Positions 30,065 through 40,236 of a stretch of DNA of 64,000 nucleotides are shown here, piece by piece (position 1 is the first letter of the stretch; every line of letters starts with the position of its first letter). The stretch is from assembly GCA_019358915.1 (NCBI GenBank), contig JAHHIM010000036.1, forward strand, positions 128,001-192,000, read 5' to 3'. The stretch is from Trichormus sp. ATA11-4-KO1 (GTDB lineage Bacteria > Cyanobacteriota > Cyanobacteriia > Cyanobacteriales > Nostocaceae). The notes beneath the pieces are model-generated. The model saw nothing but the letters and a program-made list of their open reading frames with translations, was not told the origin of the DNA and did not search any database. A program made the position numbers and the translations under genes.

Positions 30065-31414
30065 CTACTTAGAAGCTAATTCTGCATCTGTTGACACTTC
30101 GCCTACGCGCCGGATTTTAGCTCCTAATTGCTGTAACTTGAGATCAATTTGGTCATAGCCACGATCAAGGTGGTGTAATCCCTGAACTGTAGTTTGTCCT
30201 TCGGCTGCCAATCCTGCTAAAACTAATGCTGCTGATGCCCGTAAGTCTGTACCTATTACTGGTGCGCCCGATAACATTGGTACTCCCCTAACAAAAGCGG
30301 CATTGCCTTTAACACGAATGTCTGCTCCCAAGCGATTCAACTCGGAGGCATGACGCAAGCGATTTTCAAAGACAGATTCATTAATCAGGCTGTCACCTTC
30401 AGCCAATGCCAGCAAGGCCATAAATGGGGCTTGCATATCTGTAGGAAAGCCAGGATGAGGTAAGGTTTCGATGTCCCTGGCTCTGAGAGTTTCTGCTGGC
30501 AGGATGCGTAAGCAATCTGGCGCATCCTCAATAATCGTCACTCCAATTTCCCGCAGTTTGGCAATTATTGGGATTAAATGGTCTGGTAACACTGGCGACA
30601 GACTAATTTCTGAACGGGTAATAGCTCCAGCAACCAAGAACGTTCCTGCCTCAATGCGATCAGGGATAATGCTGTAGTCGATAGAATGCAGCTGGGCAAC
30701 ACCAGCGATTGTAATCTTACTACTGCCTGCACCCTGAATTTTAGCTCCCATGGCATTACAAAAATTTGCCAGATCGACTACTTCTGGCTCCCGCGCGGCG
30801 TTTTCAATGATTGTTTCGCCATCTGCGAGAGTGGCGGCCATCATCAAAGTTTCCGTTGCTCCTACACTGGGGCTGTCTAGGTAAATTGTGGCTCCTTTTA
30901 ATCTGCCATTACTACCAGGAACATAAGCATTACAGATACCATGCTCAATCTGCACTTCGGCTCCCATTGCTTGCAGTCCTCGGACATGCAAATCAACAGG
31001 CCTAGCACCAATTGCACAACCACCTGGTAATGGCATTTGTGCCACTCCTAGCCGTGCCAAAATTGCCCCAATGGCAAAAAAACTTGCCCGTAGTTGGGTA
31101 ACTAGTTCGTAAGGAGCTTTTGATGTGGTAATTTCGCTGGCATTGATATCTAAAATGTCGCCTTGTCGTGTTAGGCGCACACCCAAAGCTGATAAAACCT
31201 GACCCATCCGCTCGACATCCGCTAATAAAGGCACATTACGGATACGACAATCACCTGAACACAGCAAAGAGCCAGCCATGATCACCAATGCTGAATTTTT
31301 GGCCCCGCTAATTTTCACATGCCCTCGCAAAGGATGCCCACCCCATATTTGCAAGACTGAGGAGTCTGCTTCAGGAGAAAGCTTGGCATCTGGTAAGCTG
31401 CTAGAAGGATTAAT
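30065..31414 (-). CDS. murA: UDP-N-acetylglucosamine 1-carboxyvinyltransferase (probable ATT start at 31414; ORF track starts at TTG 31354)
   Basis: [42 protein letters not shown]. Confidence 0.97.
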   Translation of the reverse strand: MNPSSSLPDAKLSPEADSSVLQIWGGHPLRGHVKISGAKNSALVIMAGSLLCSGDCRIRNVPLLADVERMGQVLSALGVRLTRQGDILDINASEITTSKAPYELVTQLRASFFAIGAILARLGVAQMPLPGGCAIGARPVDLHVRGLQAMGAEVQIEHGICNAYVPGSNGRLKGATIYLDSPSVGATETLMMAATLADGETIIENAAREPEVVDLANFCNAMGAKIQGAGSSKITIAGVAQLHSIDYSIIPDRIEAGTFLVAGAITRSEISLSPVLPDHLIPIIAKLREIGVTIIEDAPDCLRILPAETLRARDIETLPHPGFPTDMQAPFMALLALAEGDSLINESVFENRLRHASELNRLGADIRVKGNAAFVRGVPMLSGAPVIGTDLRASAALVLAGLAAEGQTTVQGLHHLDRGYDQIDLKLQQLGAKIRRVGEVSTDAELASK

Positions 31415-31707
31415 AAGCCTACCTCCAAAAAAATACGTAATTTTATAGGTTAGAAGTTGGTTTTGATTCTACAGTAAAGAATTGGTTTGTCTACATTTTG
31501 TCTTTATATCTTGCAGGAATAAATTTTGTCCTAGATGTGAAATAATCGCTGTAAACAAGTAGCAGCAAGCTTTATCAGCATTTGGCAATTCCAGTCTGAA
31601 CAAATGCTCAACTATACCCTTTGAGCAAAACTCAATACACAGTGAAGTTACGATAGGGTTACTTAGATACTGGGCATGGGGATTAATTCCTTCTCTTCTT
31701 TAGTATC

Positions 31708-31736
31708 TTGACAAACATAAATAAATAGGCAATAAT
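31708..31736 (+). promoter_or_regulatory. Sigma70-type promoter for tRNA-Leu(CAG)
   Basis: TTGACA (31708-31713), 17-nt spacer, AATAAT (31731-31736), 30 nt upstream of the tRNA. Confidence 0.7.
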
Positions 31737-31765
31737 AAGAAATTGTCGATAAATATAGATATTAA

Positions 31766-31847
31766 GCGGAACTGGCGGAATTGGCAGACGCGCTAGATTC
31801 AGGTTCTAGTGCCGCAAGGCTTCCGGGTTCAAGTCCCGGGTTCCGCA
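31766..31847 (+). tRNA. trnL: tRNA-Leu(CAG)
   Basis: GCGGAAC...GTTCCGC-A acceptor, anticodon arm CTAGA-TT CAG GT-TCTAG, long variable arm, GTTCAAG T-loop. Confidence 0.96.
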
Positions 31848-31927
31848 TGATTGTGTTGAGTGCTAAGTTTTTGAGTCCTGAAGAAGGTAAAAACTCAGCA
31901 CTTTGTATTTAGCACTCCGAAGTTTTA

Positions 31928-32707
31928 ATGTTAACTAGTTTACAAAACTCCTTAGTTAAACAAATCCGTAAGCTACACTCAACCAAGGAGAGGCATAAGC
32001 AGCAGTTATGTTTACTGGAAGGGACACACCTGTTGCAGGAAGCTTGTGCGGTGAATTACCCACTAGAAACGGTGTGTTGCACCCCAGCATGGCAAATAGC
32101 CCACCCTTCACTCTGGGAAAAAGTTTGTAGCAGCTGTGAACGAGCAGAAGTTGTCAGTGAAGAAATTTTAGCGGCGATCGCTACTACAGTTCAACCAGAT
32201 GGTGTAATCGCGACGGCAAAACGGGATCATCAAACTCAAGTGCCATTTAGTGGTTTAGTCCTGGCTTTGGAGACTATCCAAGATCCAGGTAACCTAGGAA
32301 CAATGATTCGCACTGCGGCGGCGGCTGGCGCATCAGGGTTGTGGCTAAGTGGAGATAGTGTAGATTTAGATAACCCCAAAGTCTTACGTGCTTCGGCTGG
32401 GCAATGGTTTCGCTTACCAATGGCGGTGACTGAAAATTTAAAAGCGACGGTGCAACAAAGTCAGCAAGCAGGAATGCAGGTAATAGCAACCTTACCAACA
32501 GCAAATTTAACTTACTGGGATGTAGATTGGCGAAAACCCAGTTTAATTTTACTGGGCAATGAAGGTGCTGGTTTGTCGGCAAATTTAACCAGCATAGCAG
32601 ACAAGCAAGTAAAAATACCCCTGAGTCCAGGAGTAGAGTCCTTGAATGTGGCGATCGCAGCTGCTTTAATGTTGTACGAAGCTCAACGGCAACTGAGAAA
32701 GATGTGA
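31928..32707 (+). CDS. TrmH/SpoU family RNA methyltransferase
   Basis: IQDPGNLGTMIRTA, GNEGAGL, VESLNVAIA. Confidence 0.95.
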   Translation: MLTSLQNSLVKQIRKLHSTKERHKQQLCLLEGTHLLQEACAVNYPLETVCCTPAWQIAHPSLWEKVCSSCERAEVVSEEILAAIATTVQPDGVIATAKRDHQTQVPFSGLVLALETIQDPGNLGTMIRTAAAAGASGLWLSGDSVDLDNPKVLRASAGQWFRLPMAVTENLKATVQQSQQAGMQVIATLPTANLTYWDVDWRKPSLILLGNEGAGLSANLTSIADKQVKIPLSPGVESLNVAIAAALMLYEAQRQLRKM

Positions 32708-32720
32708 AATCTCAGCACGT

Positions 32721-32957
32721 TTATTTTGACCTTTTTTCCAAATATTCTTCAATATCAGCAACTGCATCTTCTAAAGCCGCTAAATCAACAGTTGTCAAAT
32801 CTTCCACGAGTTCGACTTCGCTGGTACTACCATTATGGGATGTCGGCGTTGCTTCATTATCTGTCGAATCCTCTTGCAAGATATCCTCCAATTGTTCGAG
32901 GGATTCTTGAAACTCTTGATCGGCGGCGCGGCGCTCTTGATGCTGATTTTGCTCCAT
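32721..32957 (-). CDS. Small acidic hypothetical protein
   Basis: Plausible 78-aa ORF with helical ends (EFQESLEQL; LEDAVADIEEYL); no function assignable. Confidence 0.65.
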   Translation of the reverse strand: MEQNQHQERRAADQEFQESLEQLEDILQEDSTDNEATPTSHNGSTSEVELVEDLTTVDLAALEDAVADIEEYLEKRSK

Positions 32958-33187
32958 AATACTGAATGAAAGGTTACAGAGAAATAATATGTGTAATTAA
33001 TTCTGTTTAGCTATTTAGTTAGCCAAGAAATTTGTTTCTTAGCTCGATATTGGTTAGGTGTAAGATTTTCATTTAACTATTTTGCCGTCAGTCCCCTAGC
33101 ATAAGTACCAACGCATAAATATTTAGCCATTTTTCCACACGAATAAAATCCCTCTATTCCCATACGTCCCCTATCACCTATTACCTG

Positions 33188-33607
33188 TCACCTTGGTGTG
33201 TTTATCAGCCGATCCCGAATTGCTATTAGTTGCTCTTGGGTACTAATTGGGTATCGTGGCGCTGGTAGTTCGGTATTAGGCCAGTCGGGTAAATTATTAC
33301 AAGGACACAACAAGGCTGGCATTCCCAAGCTGCGAACAGGTACTGGCATCTCACAACGACCGCAAGGCGACATTTCCCAAGCGGGCGTTAGCAATTCGCT
33401 AATGGTTTCGTAAGTACCCTCCAGGTAACAATCACCTGTAGTTTGCGAGATAATTTTTTGCCAACACTCTTCAAATTCTTCGCTATAGCGATCGCCTTTT
33501 AGCACTGGTTGGGGCAAAAAGCTTGCTTGACCATTGCTCGTTACTACTTTCTTACCTAACTGAAACCAGTAGGCAAGATATCGTCTAACTTCTTGTTTAG
33601 TTGCCAT
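33188..33607 (-). CDS. Conserved cyanobacterial hypothetical protein with Cys motifs
   Basis: MAT..EV..YLAYWFQLGKK N-terminus; CGRC and CPC motifs. Confidence 0.75.
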   Translation of the reverse strand: MATKQEVRRYLAYWFQLGKKVVTSNGQASFLPQPVLKGDRYSEEFEECWQKIISQTTGDCYLEGTYETISELLTPAWEMSPCGRCEMPVPVRSLGMPALLCPCNNLPDWPNTELPAPRYPISTQEQLIAIRDRLINTPR

Positions 33608-33663
33608 TTCATCATCTTAAATTTTCGATGGGCAATTATTAAGGTTGAATGTTTAATTTTAAA

Positions 33664-34212
33664 TTAAGATTTTGGTACTGGTAATGGTGTACCCAGAACG
33701 CTGAGATTGAGCACATGACCACCAGTAACTAAATAAACAGCTTCGCAAATTGTACTTAACTGGCGTACTAAAGAACCCAAGCGATCGCGGAACTGGCGAC
33801 CAAGAGGATAAGCTGGAATCACGCCCCAACCTACCTCTTCCGCGACAAAAAGCATATCAGCAGCCACCAGTTCTACTGTTTCTAATAACTCTGCCAAGGT
33901 ATTTTCCCAGGTAACCTCATCTTGTGCCAAAAGATTAGCTACCCAAGTCCCTAAAGAATCTATTAACAGGCAGGTATCTGGCTTGGCATCAGCAAGGGTG
34001 GCAGATAATTCCACAGGTACTAAAAGCGTCACCCACTCCGGGGGACGGCGTTCTTGATGTGCTTGGATGCGTTTGTGCCACTCTTCATCGGCTGGGTTTT
34101 CAGTGGCTGTTGCTACATAAATAACAGCTTTTTCTGACTGCATTGCTAGCATTTCTGCCCATTCACTTTTACCAGATTTGGCTGGACCTGTGACTAAGAT
34201 GACTTTACCCAA
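33664..34212 (-). CDS. cobU: Adenosylcobinamide kinase / adenosylcobinamide-phosphate guanylyltransferase
   Basis: LVTGPAKSGKSEWAE, YVATA, HQERRP, EEVGWG, FRD; likely TTG start at 34212 with SD AAAGGA. Confidence 0.92.
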   Translation of the reverse strand: MGKVILVTGPAKSGKSEWAEMLAMQSEKAVIYVATATENPADEEWHKRIQAHQERRPPEWVTLLVPVELSATLADAKPDTCLLIDSLGTWVANLLAQDEVTWENTLAELLETVELVAADMLFVAEEVGWGVIPAYPLGRQFRDRLGSLVRQLSTICEAVYLVTGGHVLNLSVLGTPLPVPKS

Positions 34213-34394
34213 AGCTATTTCCTTTAGTATATTTAATGAATAATTGAGATCGTTAATTGCCAATAAATTTTATATAGCTAACAATTGGCACCAGCATTAT
34301 TATCTGTGCCAAAATTGGCAAAAGCGATAAATCCCAACGACCCAGTGCTGAATTATTCAATACCACTGGGGACAGCAAATTTCAGGTTATTTAT

Positions 34395-35180
34395 ATGAAA
34401 GCAGGTTTAAAGCGTATTGAGGCAACTCTACATGATTTGGGAAATCGGGGCACCGCCTCCACCGAAGCGGGTGATTCTACAAAGCAGTCTTTCTCCTTTA
34501 GAATTAGCGTTGGCGCAACGGAATCTACAACAGGTGCAGATACTTCATCTACCGACCTAAGCACAGAATCCCAAAGTGATTATACTGCCGAGCAAAACTT
34601 ATTTCCCCAGCATAACTCTGTGCAAACCTTTCCCGCACAAGAAATTGGTAGCAAAACACCGAGCTTACCCAAGTTTAAAAATCCTAGCTTCAGTAGCCAT
34701 CGCCACGGAGCTAATCCAGCATTAGCAATGAATATATTGCAAGAAATTCAAGAACATGTCGCCGGTTGGCAGACAGAACTACAAACAATCTTGCAGCAAA
34801 TTCAAGATATTTACTTAGAAGGCCCTATTGTCAATGGCTGGTTAGAATCCAACCCCAAGGAAGCAGAACAGGGAGGAACTGCCACGCTGCGCCATGCAGA
34901 AGTTGACCGCTTGATGGATTATGTAGAAGAAATTTGCACAACTAGTGGAAAAGTATCTTATCAATCCGCCCGTACTGGTTATCGCCTCTGTGGTTTGGAT
35001 GCTGCTGGTAAAGTCTGGTCACGTCCATGTCCCCCAGACCAATTACCTATTGTGAGTATGGCCATTGCTCGTCATCAAAAGTTACGCCAACTCTTGGGAC
35101 GCAAGCAATATCTAGAAACTCGCCTGAGTCAATTGGCTGAAACTCTGGTAGTTTTACACAGTAATATCCAACAAGTTTAA
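34395..35180 (+). CDS. Conserved cyanobacterial hypothetical protein
   Basis: 261-aa ORF with IYLEGPIVNGWLES and GYRLCGLD..G motifs; function unknown. Confidence 0.75.
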   Translation: MKAGLKRIEATLHDLGNRGTASTEAGDSTKQSFSFRISVGATESTTGADTSSTDLSTESQSDYTAEQNLFPQHNSVQTFPAQEIGSKTPSLPKFKNPSFSSHRHGANPALAMNILQEIQEHVAGWQTELQTILQQIQDIYLEGPIVNGWLESNPKEAEQGGTATLRHAEVDRLMDYVEEICTTSGKVSYQSARTGYRLCGLDAAGKVWSRPCPPDQLPIVSMAIARHQKLRQLLGRKQYLETRLSQLAETLVVLHSNIQQV

Positions 35181-35193
35181 CTAATTCGTAATA

Positions 35194-35320
35194 GTGGACT
35201 GACAAACCTAAAATGGTTCATGATGATTTTTGTGGAACAGGCATCTTGCCTGTTCTGGGCGGGCAAGATCCCCACCCTACAATCATTATTTTTTTGCAAC
35301 ATTTTAGCTTGGCCACATCA
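35194..35320. repeat. REP/MITE-like palindromic element
   Basis: Hairpin GAACAGGCA-tct-TGCCTGTTC (35235-35255), partner GGGCGGGCAAGATCCCCACCCTAC, imperfect outer inverted repeats. Confidence 0.6.
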
Positions 35321-35461
35321 ATAGAGTCTCCGAGAACATAATAGTTTAGATTTCATTTCCTACGTTGATGGATAACTTTGTGACAGTCTGGCTATTAAAA
35401 TCCCTCTGAAACTGTCCTGAATGTAGAAAACTGACAACTCACAAAATTTAAAATCGATTTT

Positions 35462-36460
35462 ATGCCAGATACCCAAATCTCTGCCATTATCTGCACTCAT
35501 AATCGAGATACCTATTTAGGTGCTGCGATTGATAGTTTATTGGCACAGGATTTCGTCGCTGACTTTGAAGTTGTGGTAGTGGATAATGGGTCTTGCGATC
35601 GCACCCGTGAAGTTGTAGAACAAAGACTCGGCAATTCCCGTGTTAAGTATGTCTTTGAACCCATTATTGGTTTATCTGTGGCGCGCAATACCGGGGCAAA
35701 AATTGCTAGTGCGGAAATTTTAGCTTATTTAGATGATGATGCCGTTGCTAGTGTTTCCTGGTTGCAAGTATTGTATGCTGCCTATCAAAATAACTCGAAA
35801 CTGGCGATCGCAGGTGGCAAAGTAACTCTCTTATGGCCTCCAGAAATCCAACCGCCACAGTGGTTATCTTCTGGGTTAGCTGGCAATTTAGGTGCATACG
35901 ACTTGGGCGATAACATGATCTATATTGAACAGCCAGGGTTAACACCTAGAGGGTTGAATTATTCTATCCGCCGCAGCTTCCTGGAAGAAATTGGTGGTTT
36001 TGACCCTCAACTCGGTCGAGTAGGGAAAAACTTACTATCTAATGAAGAACTGCAAATGACAGAATTTGCCCTACAACGTGGTTGGCAAGTTGCATACCTC
36101 CCTGATGCTTTGGTTGCTCATAATGTCGCTCCAGAGCGGATTAAACGCTCCTGGTTTTTAAATCGAGGCTGGTGGCAGGGGATCAGCGAGTGCTATCAAG
36201 AGCAACTTGCTGGTAAAGCCGATATTGGACAGTTACAACGGGGTAGTGAACGATTTTTGCGGGGTTTATATAAGGCATTACAATATTTTTCTCATCCAGC
36301 AGAACGCTTTGATAATCTTGTGTACGCATATGGTCAAATAGGTTATTTGAATGCTGCTATTCAAGGTCTACTATCCACCAATAAGAAAGAATGGGGGACA
36401 AGGGGACAAGGGGACAATGAATCAATTCAAAATTCAAAATTCAAAATTCAAAATAAATAA
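35462..36460 (+). CDS. Glycosyltransferase family 2
   Basis: SAIICTHNR, VVDNGS, GLSVARN, YLDDDA; C-terminal tail encoded by heptamer repeats. Confidence 0.93.
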   Translation: MPDTQISAIICTHNRDTYLGAAIDSLLAQDFVADFEVVVVDNGSCDRTREVVEQRLGNSRVKYVFEPIIGLSVARNTGAKIASAEILAYLDDDAVASVSWLQVLYAAYQNNSKLAIAGGKVTLLWPPEIQPPQWLSSGLAGNLGAYDLGDNMIYIEQPGLTPRGLNYSIRRSFLEEIGGFDPQLGRVGKNLLSNEELQMTEFALQRGWQVAYLPDALVAHNVAPERIKRSWFLNRGWWQGISECYQEQLAGKADIGQLQRGSERFLRGLYKALQYFSHPAERFDNLVYAYGQIGYLNAAIQGLLSTNKKEWGTRGQGDNESIQNSKFKIQNK

Positions 36461-36535
36461 ATATCTGTTACTTCCTCAATGCCCAATGCCCAATGCCCAA
36501 TGCCCAATGCCCAATAACTAATAACTAATGACTAA
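36394..36535. repeat. STRR heptamer tandem repeats (GGGACAA, AAAATTC, AATGCCC x5, AATAACT)
   Basis: Directly visible tandem 7-mers. Confidence 0.85.
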
Positions 36536-37091
36536 TGATGAATCTTTTGTAGATTTACGCAAATATGATCAATCCTGGTTTGATCGGGGGCGTTCTGGTT
36601 GGTATATTTTATTATGGTGGTTTGTACAAGCGATCGCCTTTCCCCTGACACCTCATCCTTTCAATAGTGTGCGTTGTAGTCTGCTACGACTATTTGGCGC
36701 GAAAATTGGCAAAGGTGTATTAATTCGACCTACTGCCCGCTTTACTTACCCCTGGAAAGTAACTATTGGTGACTACAGCTGGATTGGCGATGATGTAGTT
36801 TTATATAGTTTGGATGAAATTCGCATTGGTGAACACTGCGTCATATCCCAAAAAAGTTATTTATGTACTGGTAGTCATGATATCCGAGACCCTGCTTTTG
36901 GGTTGAAAACAGCGAGTATCACTATTGGTAATGGCGCATGGATAACAGCAGATTGTTTTGTGGGGCCAGGAGTGGAGATTGGTGCTAATGCTGTAATTGG
37001 CGCTCGTAGTAGTGTTTTTACTGATATGCCTGCTGGACAGGTGTGTTGGGGTAATCCTTGTCGTCCAAAGTATCTCAGGCAGGGTAAGTAG
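36528..37091 (+). CDS. WcaF-family hexapeptide-repeat acetyltransferase (resembles hormogonium polysaccharide acetyltransferase HpsU)
   Basis: LLRLFGAKIG, YPWKVTIGDYSWIGD, LCTGSHD, hexapeptide repeats, GNP. Confidence 0.88.
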   Translation: MTNDESFVDLRKYDQSWFDRGRSGWYILLWWFVQAIAFPLTPHPFNSVRCSLLRLFGAKIGKGVLIRPTARFTYPWKVTIGDYSWIGDDVVLYSLDEIRIGEHCVISQKSYLCTGSHDIRDPAFGLKTASITIGNGAWITADCFVGPGVEIGANAVIGARSSVFTDMPAGQVCWGNPCRPKYLRQGK

Positions 37092-37147
37092 CTAATATCT
37101 TAGCTCGACTTTATTTATTTTCCGGTGTTCCCCAAGTTTTATTCCCT

Positions 37148-38251
37148 TTAACAAACTGTTTCTCGGATTGATTCGGCATTAATGGGTTTGATCAGGTAAA
37201 GTCGCAACATATGGGAAATTATGGAGAAAACGGGAAGTATTCTTTGAAAGAACTTGACAATCTTTGGATGATTACTCTGTTTAATCTTTGTCAATTTCTC
37301 AGTGTTGATGAAACACTGTTCTAATCGCCAGAAAAAGGCTGGGTGGTTAGTATCCAAGATAAGGGGAAATGCCCGTGCAGAGGTTTTATTTGTCTCTTGA
37401 ATTACTCTGTTATTGTATTTGCGCGGGTGTATGCCAATGGCTTCATAAAATGTTGCGCGTTCAAATACTGTGATTGTATGGGTAACAAATACCGTTAGTA
37501 AAAAGAAACGCACCCATAACCTAGCTCTCCAATTGTTCCACAACTGAGGCAGCGTAGACGCGGAGCGGCTTGTCGGCAGACATCGCAGTAGTGCTTTGAA
37601 GAAATCTCCATGCCGATTTTCGTCCTGACACCAACTCTCAAATTTGCGGAAGAGCGGATAAAACTGGTATTCGGGATTTTCCTGCATGTGGCGATGCACT
37701 AAAATATAGCGCCAGTAACCAATTTTTTCCGATAGGTAAACTGTATAAATTACCCACTCAGGGGGGAAAAAGGTATATGTGCGATGTTTGGTTAAATAGC
37801 TTAAGTCTAGAGAAAGATTAAAGTCTGCCATCGATTTATTGAGAAATCCTGCGTGGCGTGCCTCATCCCGCGCCATATAATTAAAGGCATCTGCCAACAG
37901 GGGATTTCGGTCTTTGAGTCGGCGTGATAGTTCTTTGAACAACAAAAACCCAGAAAATTCTGAGGTGCAAGAACGTTCTAAAAAATCAATAAAAGCACAG
38001 CGTTTTTCTCCATCAACGTGATCCCATGATTGCTTAAATTCTTCATCGCGCACGAAGTGATGGCGGTTATAGTCAGCGCGTAACTCTTCGACAACCGCCT
38101 GCAACTCAGTTTCATGCGCCGAAATATCTAAATTTGCCACCGCATCAAAGTCAGTGGTATAGAAGCGGGGTGTTAATAATGTTTCCTGAACAGGCGCTTT
38201 AATACCTGGTTTCAGCAACTGAGGCTCTGGGGTTTCGAGAGACTTAACCAT
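37148..38251 (-). CDS. acsF: Mg-protoporphyrin IX monomethyl ester oxidative cyclase (probably the low-oxygen paralog)
   Basis: LLTPRFYTTDF, DYNRHHF, SCTSEFSGFLL, RDEARHAG, YLSEKIGYWRY, WCQDENRHGD; carries a 9-aa insertion. Confidence 0.95.
   Translation of the reverse strand: MVKSLETPEPQLLKPGIKAPVQETLLTPRFYTTDFDAVANLDISAHETELQAVVEELRADYNRHHFVRDEEFKQSWDHVDGEKRCAFIDFLERSCTSEFSGFLLFKELSRRLKDRNPLLADAFNYMARDEARHAGFLNKSMADFNLSLDLSYLTKHRTYTFFPPEWVIYTVYLSEKIGYWRYILVHRHMQENPEYQFYPLFRKFESWCQDENRHGDFFKALLRCLPTSRSASTLPQLWNNWRARLWVRFFLLTVFVTHTITVFERATFYEAIGIHPRKYNNRVIQETNKTSARAFPLILDTNHPAFFWRLEQCFINTEKLTKIKQSNHPKIVKFFQRILPVFSIISHMLRLYLIKPINAESIRETVC
37555..37581. mobile_element. 27-nt insertion splitting a HIP1 site within acsF
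   Basis: GCG[TAGACGCGGAGCGGCTTGTCGGCAGAC]ATCGC; removing it restores GCGATCGC and the frame LLRSLPQ. Confidence 0.8.
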
Positions 38252-38704
38252 GAGACTGCTTTCATCGTTTTATCTTTTAATAGCTATATAAACATGAAAT
38301 GTTATGGCAGCACATCAGTTAAATTATTGAAAAGCTATTTTCGCTAGATAACCTGATCGTCTGGTTGAATCAGGGTTAAGTACCTACGCATAAATATTTG
38401 GCCATTTTTCCAACTATCAACTTTCCCCTGTGATTTGCCAGCATTTTCAGTGAAAACAGCAAAATATAAAGAAATATTAATAGCTTTATAGTTATACAAA
38501 TATTGATAGTTAAATAATTTTATGAGAGAAAAATAAAAATAGCTGGGATCTGTATTGGCAATGGTATTTGCTGGATAGATTGATGCAGATCCTCTCTAAA
38601 TCCAGAATAACAATCCTCTAGCTCGGAAATTCACTGTTATTGGCAGCCATCCTGAGTTGGTGACTGCCTAGAAACCTTGCGCTTGAACATGAAGGAAGCA
38701 ACAA

Positions 38705-38794
38705 ATGAGTAGCAATCTAGCCGTTAAACTGCGCTCTGGCATTCAAAAAGCTCATAATGTGGCAGAAAATGTGGGATTTATGACATGGGCATAA
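38705..38794 (+). pseudogene. Heme oxygenase N-terminal remnant (29 aa)
   Basis: MSSNLAVKLRSGIQKAHNVAENVGFMTWA* resembles cyanobacterial heme oxygenase N-termini (L...LR.GT...H..AENVGF); immediately upstream of hemN. Confidence 0.82.
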
Positions 38795-38853
38795 AACATT
38801 AGTTACGTCTCCATTCCCTCATCCCCTTTTCCCACATTCACTCGGAGGTTTTA

Positions 38854-40236
38854 ATGGTTTTTGTTCTGCCTAGCGTCAAATTTGATCTGGATATGATCAA
38901 AAAGTATGATACTCCTGCACCTAGATACACAAGTTACCCACCCGCTACAGAGTTAACTACAGAATTCACCCCAACTGATTTTCAAGCCGCGATCGCCGCC
39001 TCAAACCACAGAAAATCGCCCCTATCTTTGTATTTCCATATACCCTTTTGTCAGAGTGCCTGCTACTTCTGCGGCTGTAATACAGTAATTTCTAATAATA
39101 AAGAGATTGCCAAACCTTATTTGGAGCATTTGGTTCGCGAAATCAAGAACATGGCAGCTTTGATCAATCCAGAGAGAAAAGTGCTGCAAATTCATTGGGG
39201 TGGTGGTACACCCAACTACTTAGATCACAATCAAGTAAAATTTTTGTGGAAACACATCACCCAATATTTCACCATCGATCCACAAGCTGAAATCTCCATT
39301 GAAATTAATCCCCGCTACGTTGATCAAGACTATATTTTTTTTCTGAGAGAAATTGGTTTTAACCGCATTAGTTTTGGTATCCAGGATTTTAATCGCCAAG
39401 TGCAAGTGGCTGTGAATCGTGTTCAGCCAGAAGAGATGCTGTTTGATGTCATGAGTTGGATCAAAGCAGCCAAGTTTGAAAGTGTGAATGTAGACCTAAT
39501 TTATGGTTTACCTCATCAAACCCTGCAAACATTTCGAGATACACTGCATAAGACGATGGCATTAGACCCTGATCGAATTGTGGTTTTTAACTTTGCCTAT
39601 GTACCGTGGATGAAGCCAGCACAAAAAAATATTCCGCAAGAAGCATTGCCTAAACCGCAGGAAAAGTTGGAAATTTTAAGAATGACTATTGAGGAACTGA
39701 CAAATAATAAGTATATATTCATTGGCATGGATCATTTCGCCAAATACAACGACGAACTAACGATCGCCCAACGAGGTCACACCCTCCAGCGCAACTTCCA
39801 AGGTTACACCACCCACGCGGAAACAGAATTATTGGGCTTTGGTGCTACATCCATCAGTATGCTAAATGATGCTTATGTCCAAAACCACAAGCAGTTAAGG
39901 GATTATTATCAGGCGATCGCCAAAGATAATTTACCGATTAGTAAAGGCATCAAACTTACTCAAGATGACATGATTAGACGAGATGTAATTATGTCGATCA
40001 TGTCTCACTTTCATCTCAATAAGCGAGATATTGAAAAGAAATATCACATCAGTTTCGATCAATATTTTTCCCCTGAATTAAAAGCATTAGAGCCATTAGA
40101 AGCTGACGGATTACTGAGGATATCAACCAACCACATCCAGATCACAGATATCGGTAGGTTACTAGTCAGAAATATTGCTGTAAAATTTGATACTCACAAT
40201 CAGTTCCCAGATAAACAGTTTTCACGTGCAATTTAA
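38854..40236 (+). CDS. hemN: Oxygen-independent coproporphyrinogen III oxidase
   Basis: PRYTSYP, HIPFCQSACYFCGC (radical SAM), HWGGGTP, IGMDHF, RNFQGY, FSRAI; SD GGAGG. Confidence 0.97.
   Translation: MVFVLPSVKFDLDMIKKYDTPAPRYTSYPPATELTTEFTPTDFQAAIAASNHRKSPLSLYFHIPFCQSACYFCGCNTVISNNKEIAKPYLEHLVREIKNMAALINPERKVLQIHWGGGTPNYLDHNQVKFLWKHITQYFTIDPQAEISIEINPRYVDQDYIFFLREIGFNRISFGIQDFNRQVQVAVNRVQPEEMLFDVMSWIKAAKFESVNVDLIYGLPHQTLQTFRDTLHKTMALDPDRIVVFNFAYVPWMKPAQKNIPQEALPKPQEKLEILRMTIEELTNNKYIFIGMDHFAKYNDELTIAQRGHTLQRNFQGYTTHAETELLGFGATSISMLNDAYVQNHKQLRDYYQAIAKDNLPISKGIKLTQDDMIRRDVIMSIMSHFHLNKRDIEKKYHISFDQYFSPELKALEPLEADGLLRISTNHIQITDIGRLLVRNIAVKFDTHNQFPDKQFSRAI

Noticed and set aside
30065..31414. 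murA as dedicated partner of the EPS MurB-like gene
   Set aside because: It is 7 kb away among core genes and looks like the ordinary housekeeping enzyme; no evidence of co-transcription.
36394..36535. Tandem repeats as a CRISPR array
   Set aside because: 7-nt units without unique spacers and no cas genes; these are STRRs. No CRISPR array was seen anywhere in the window.
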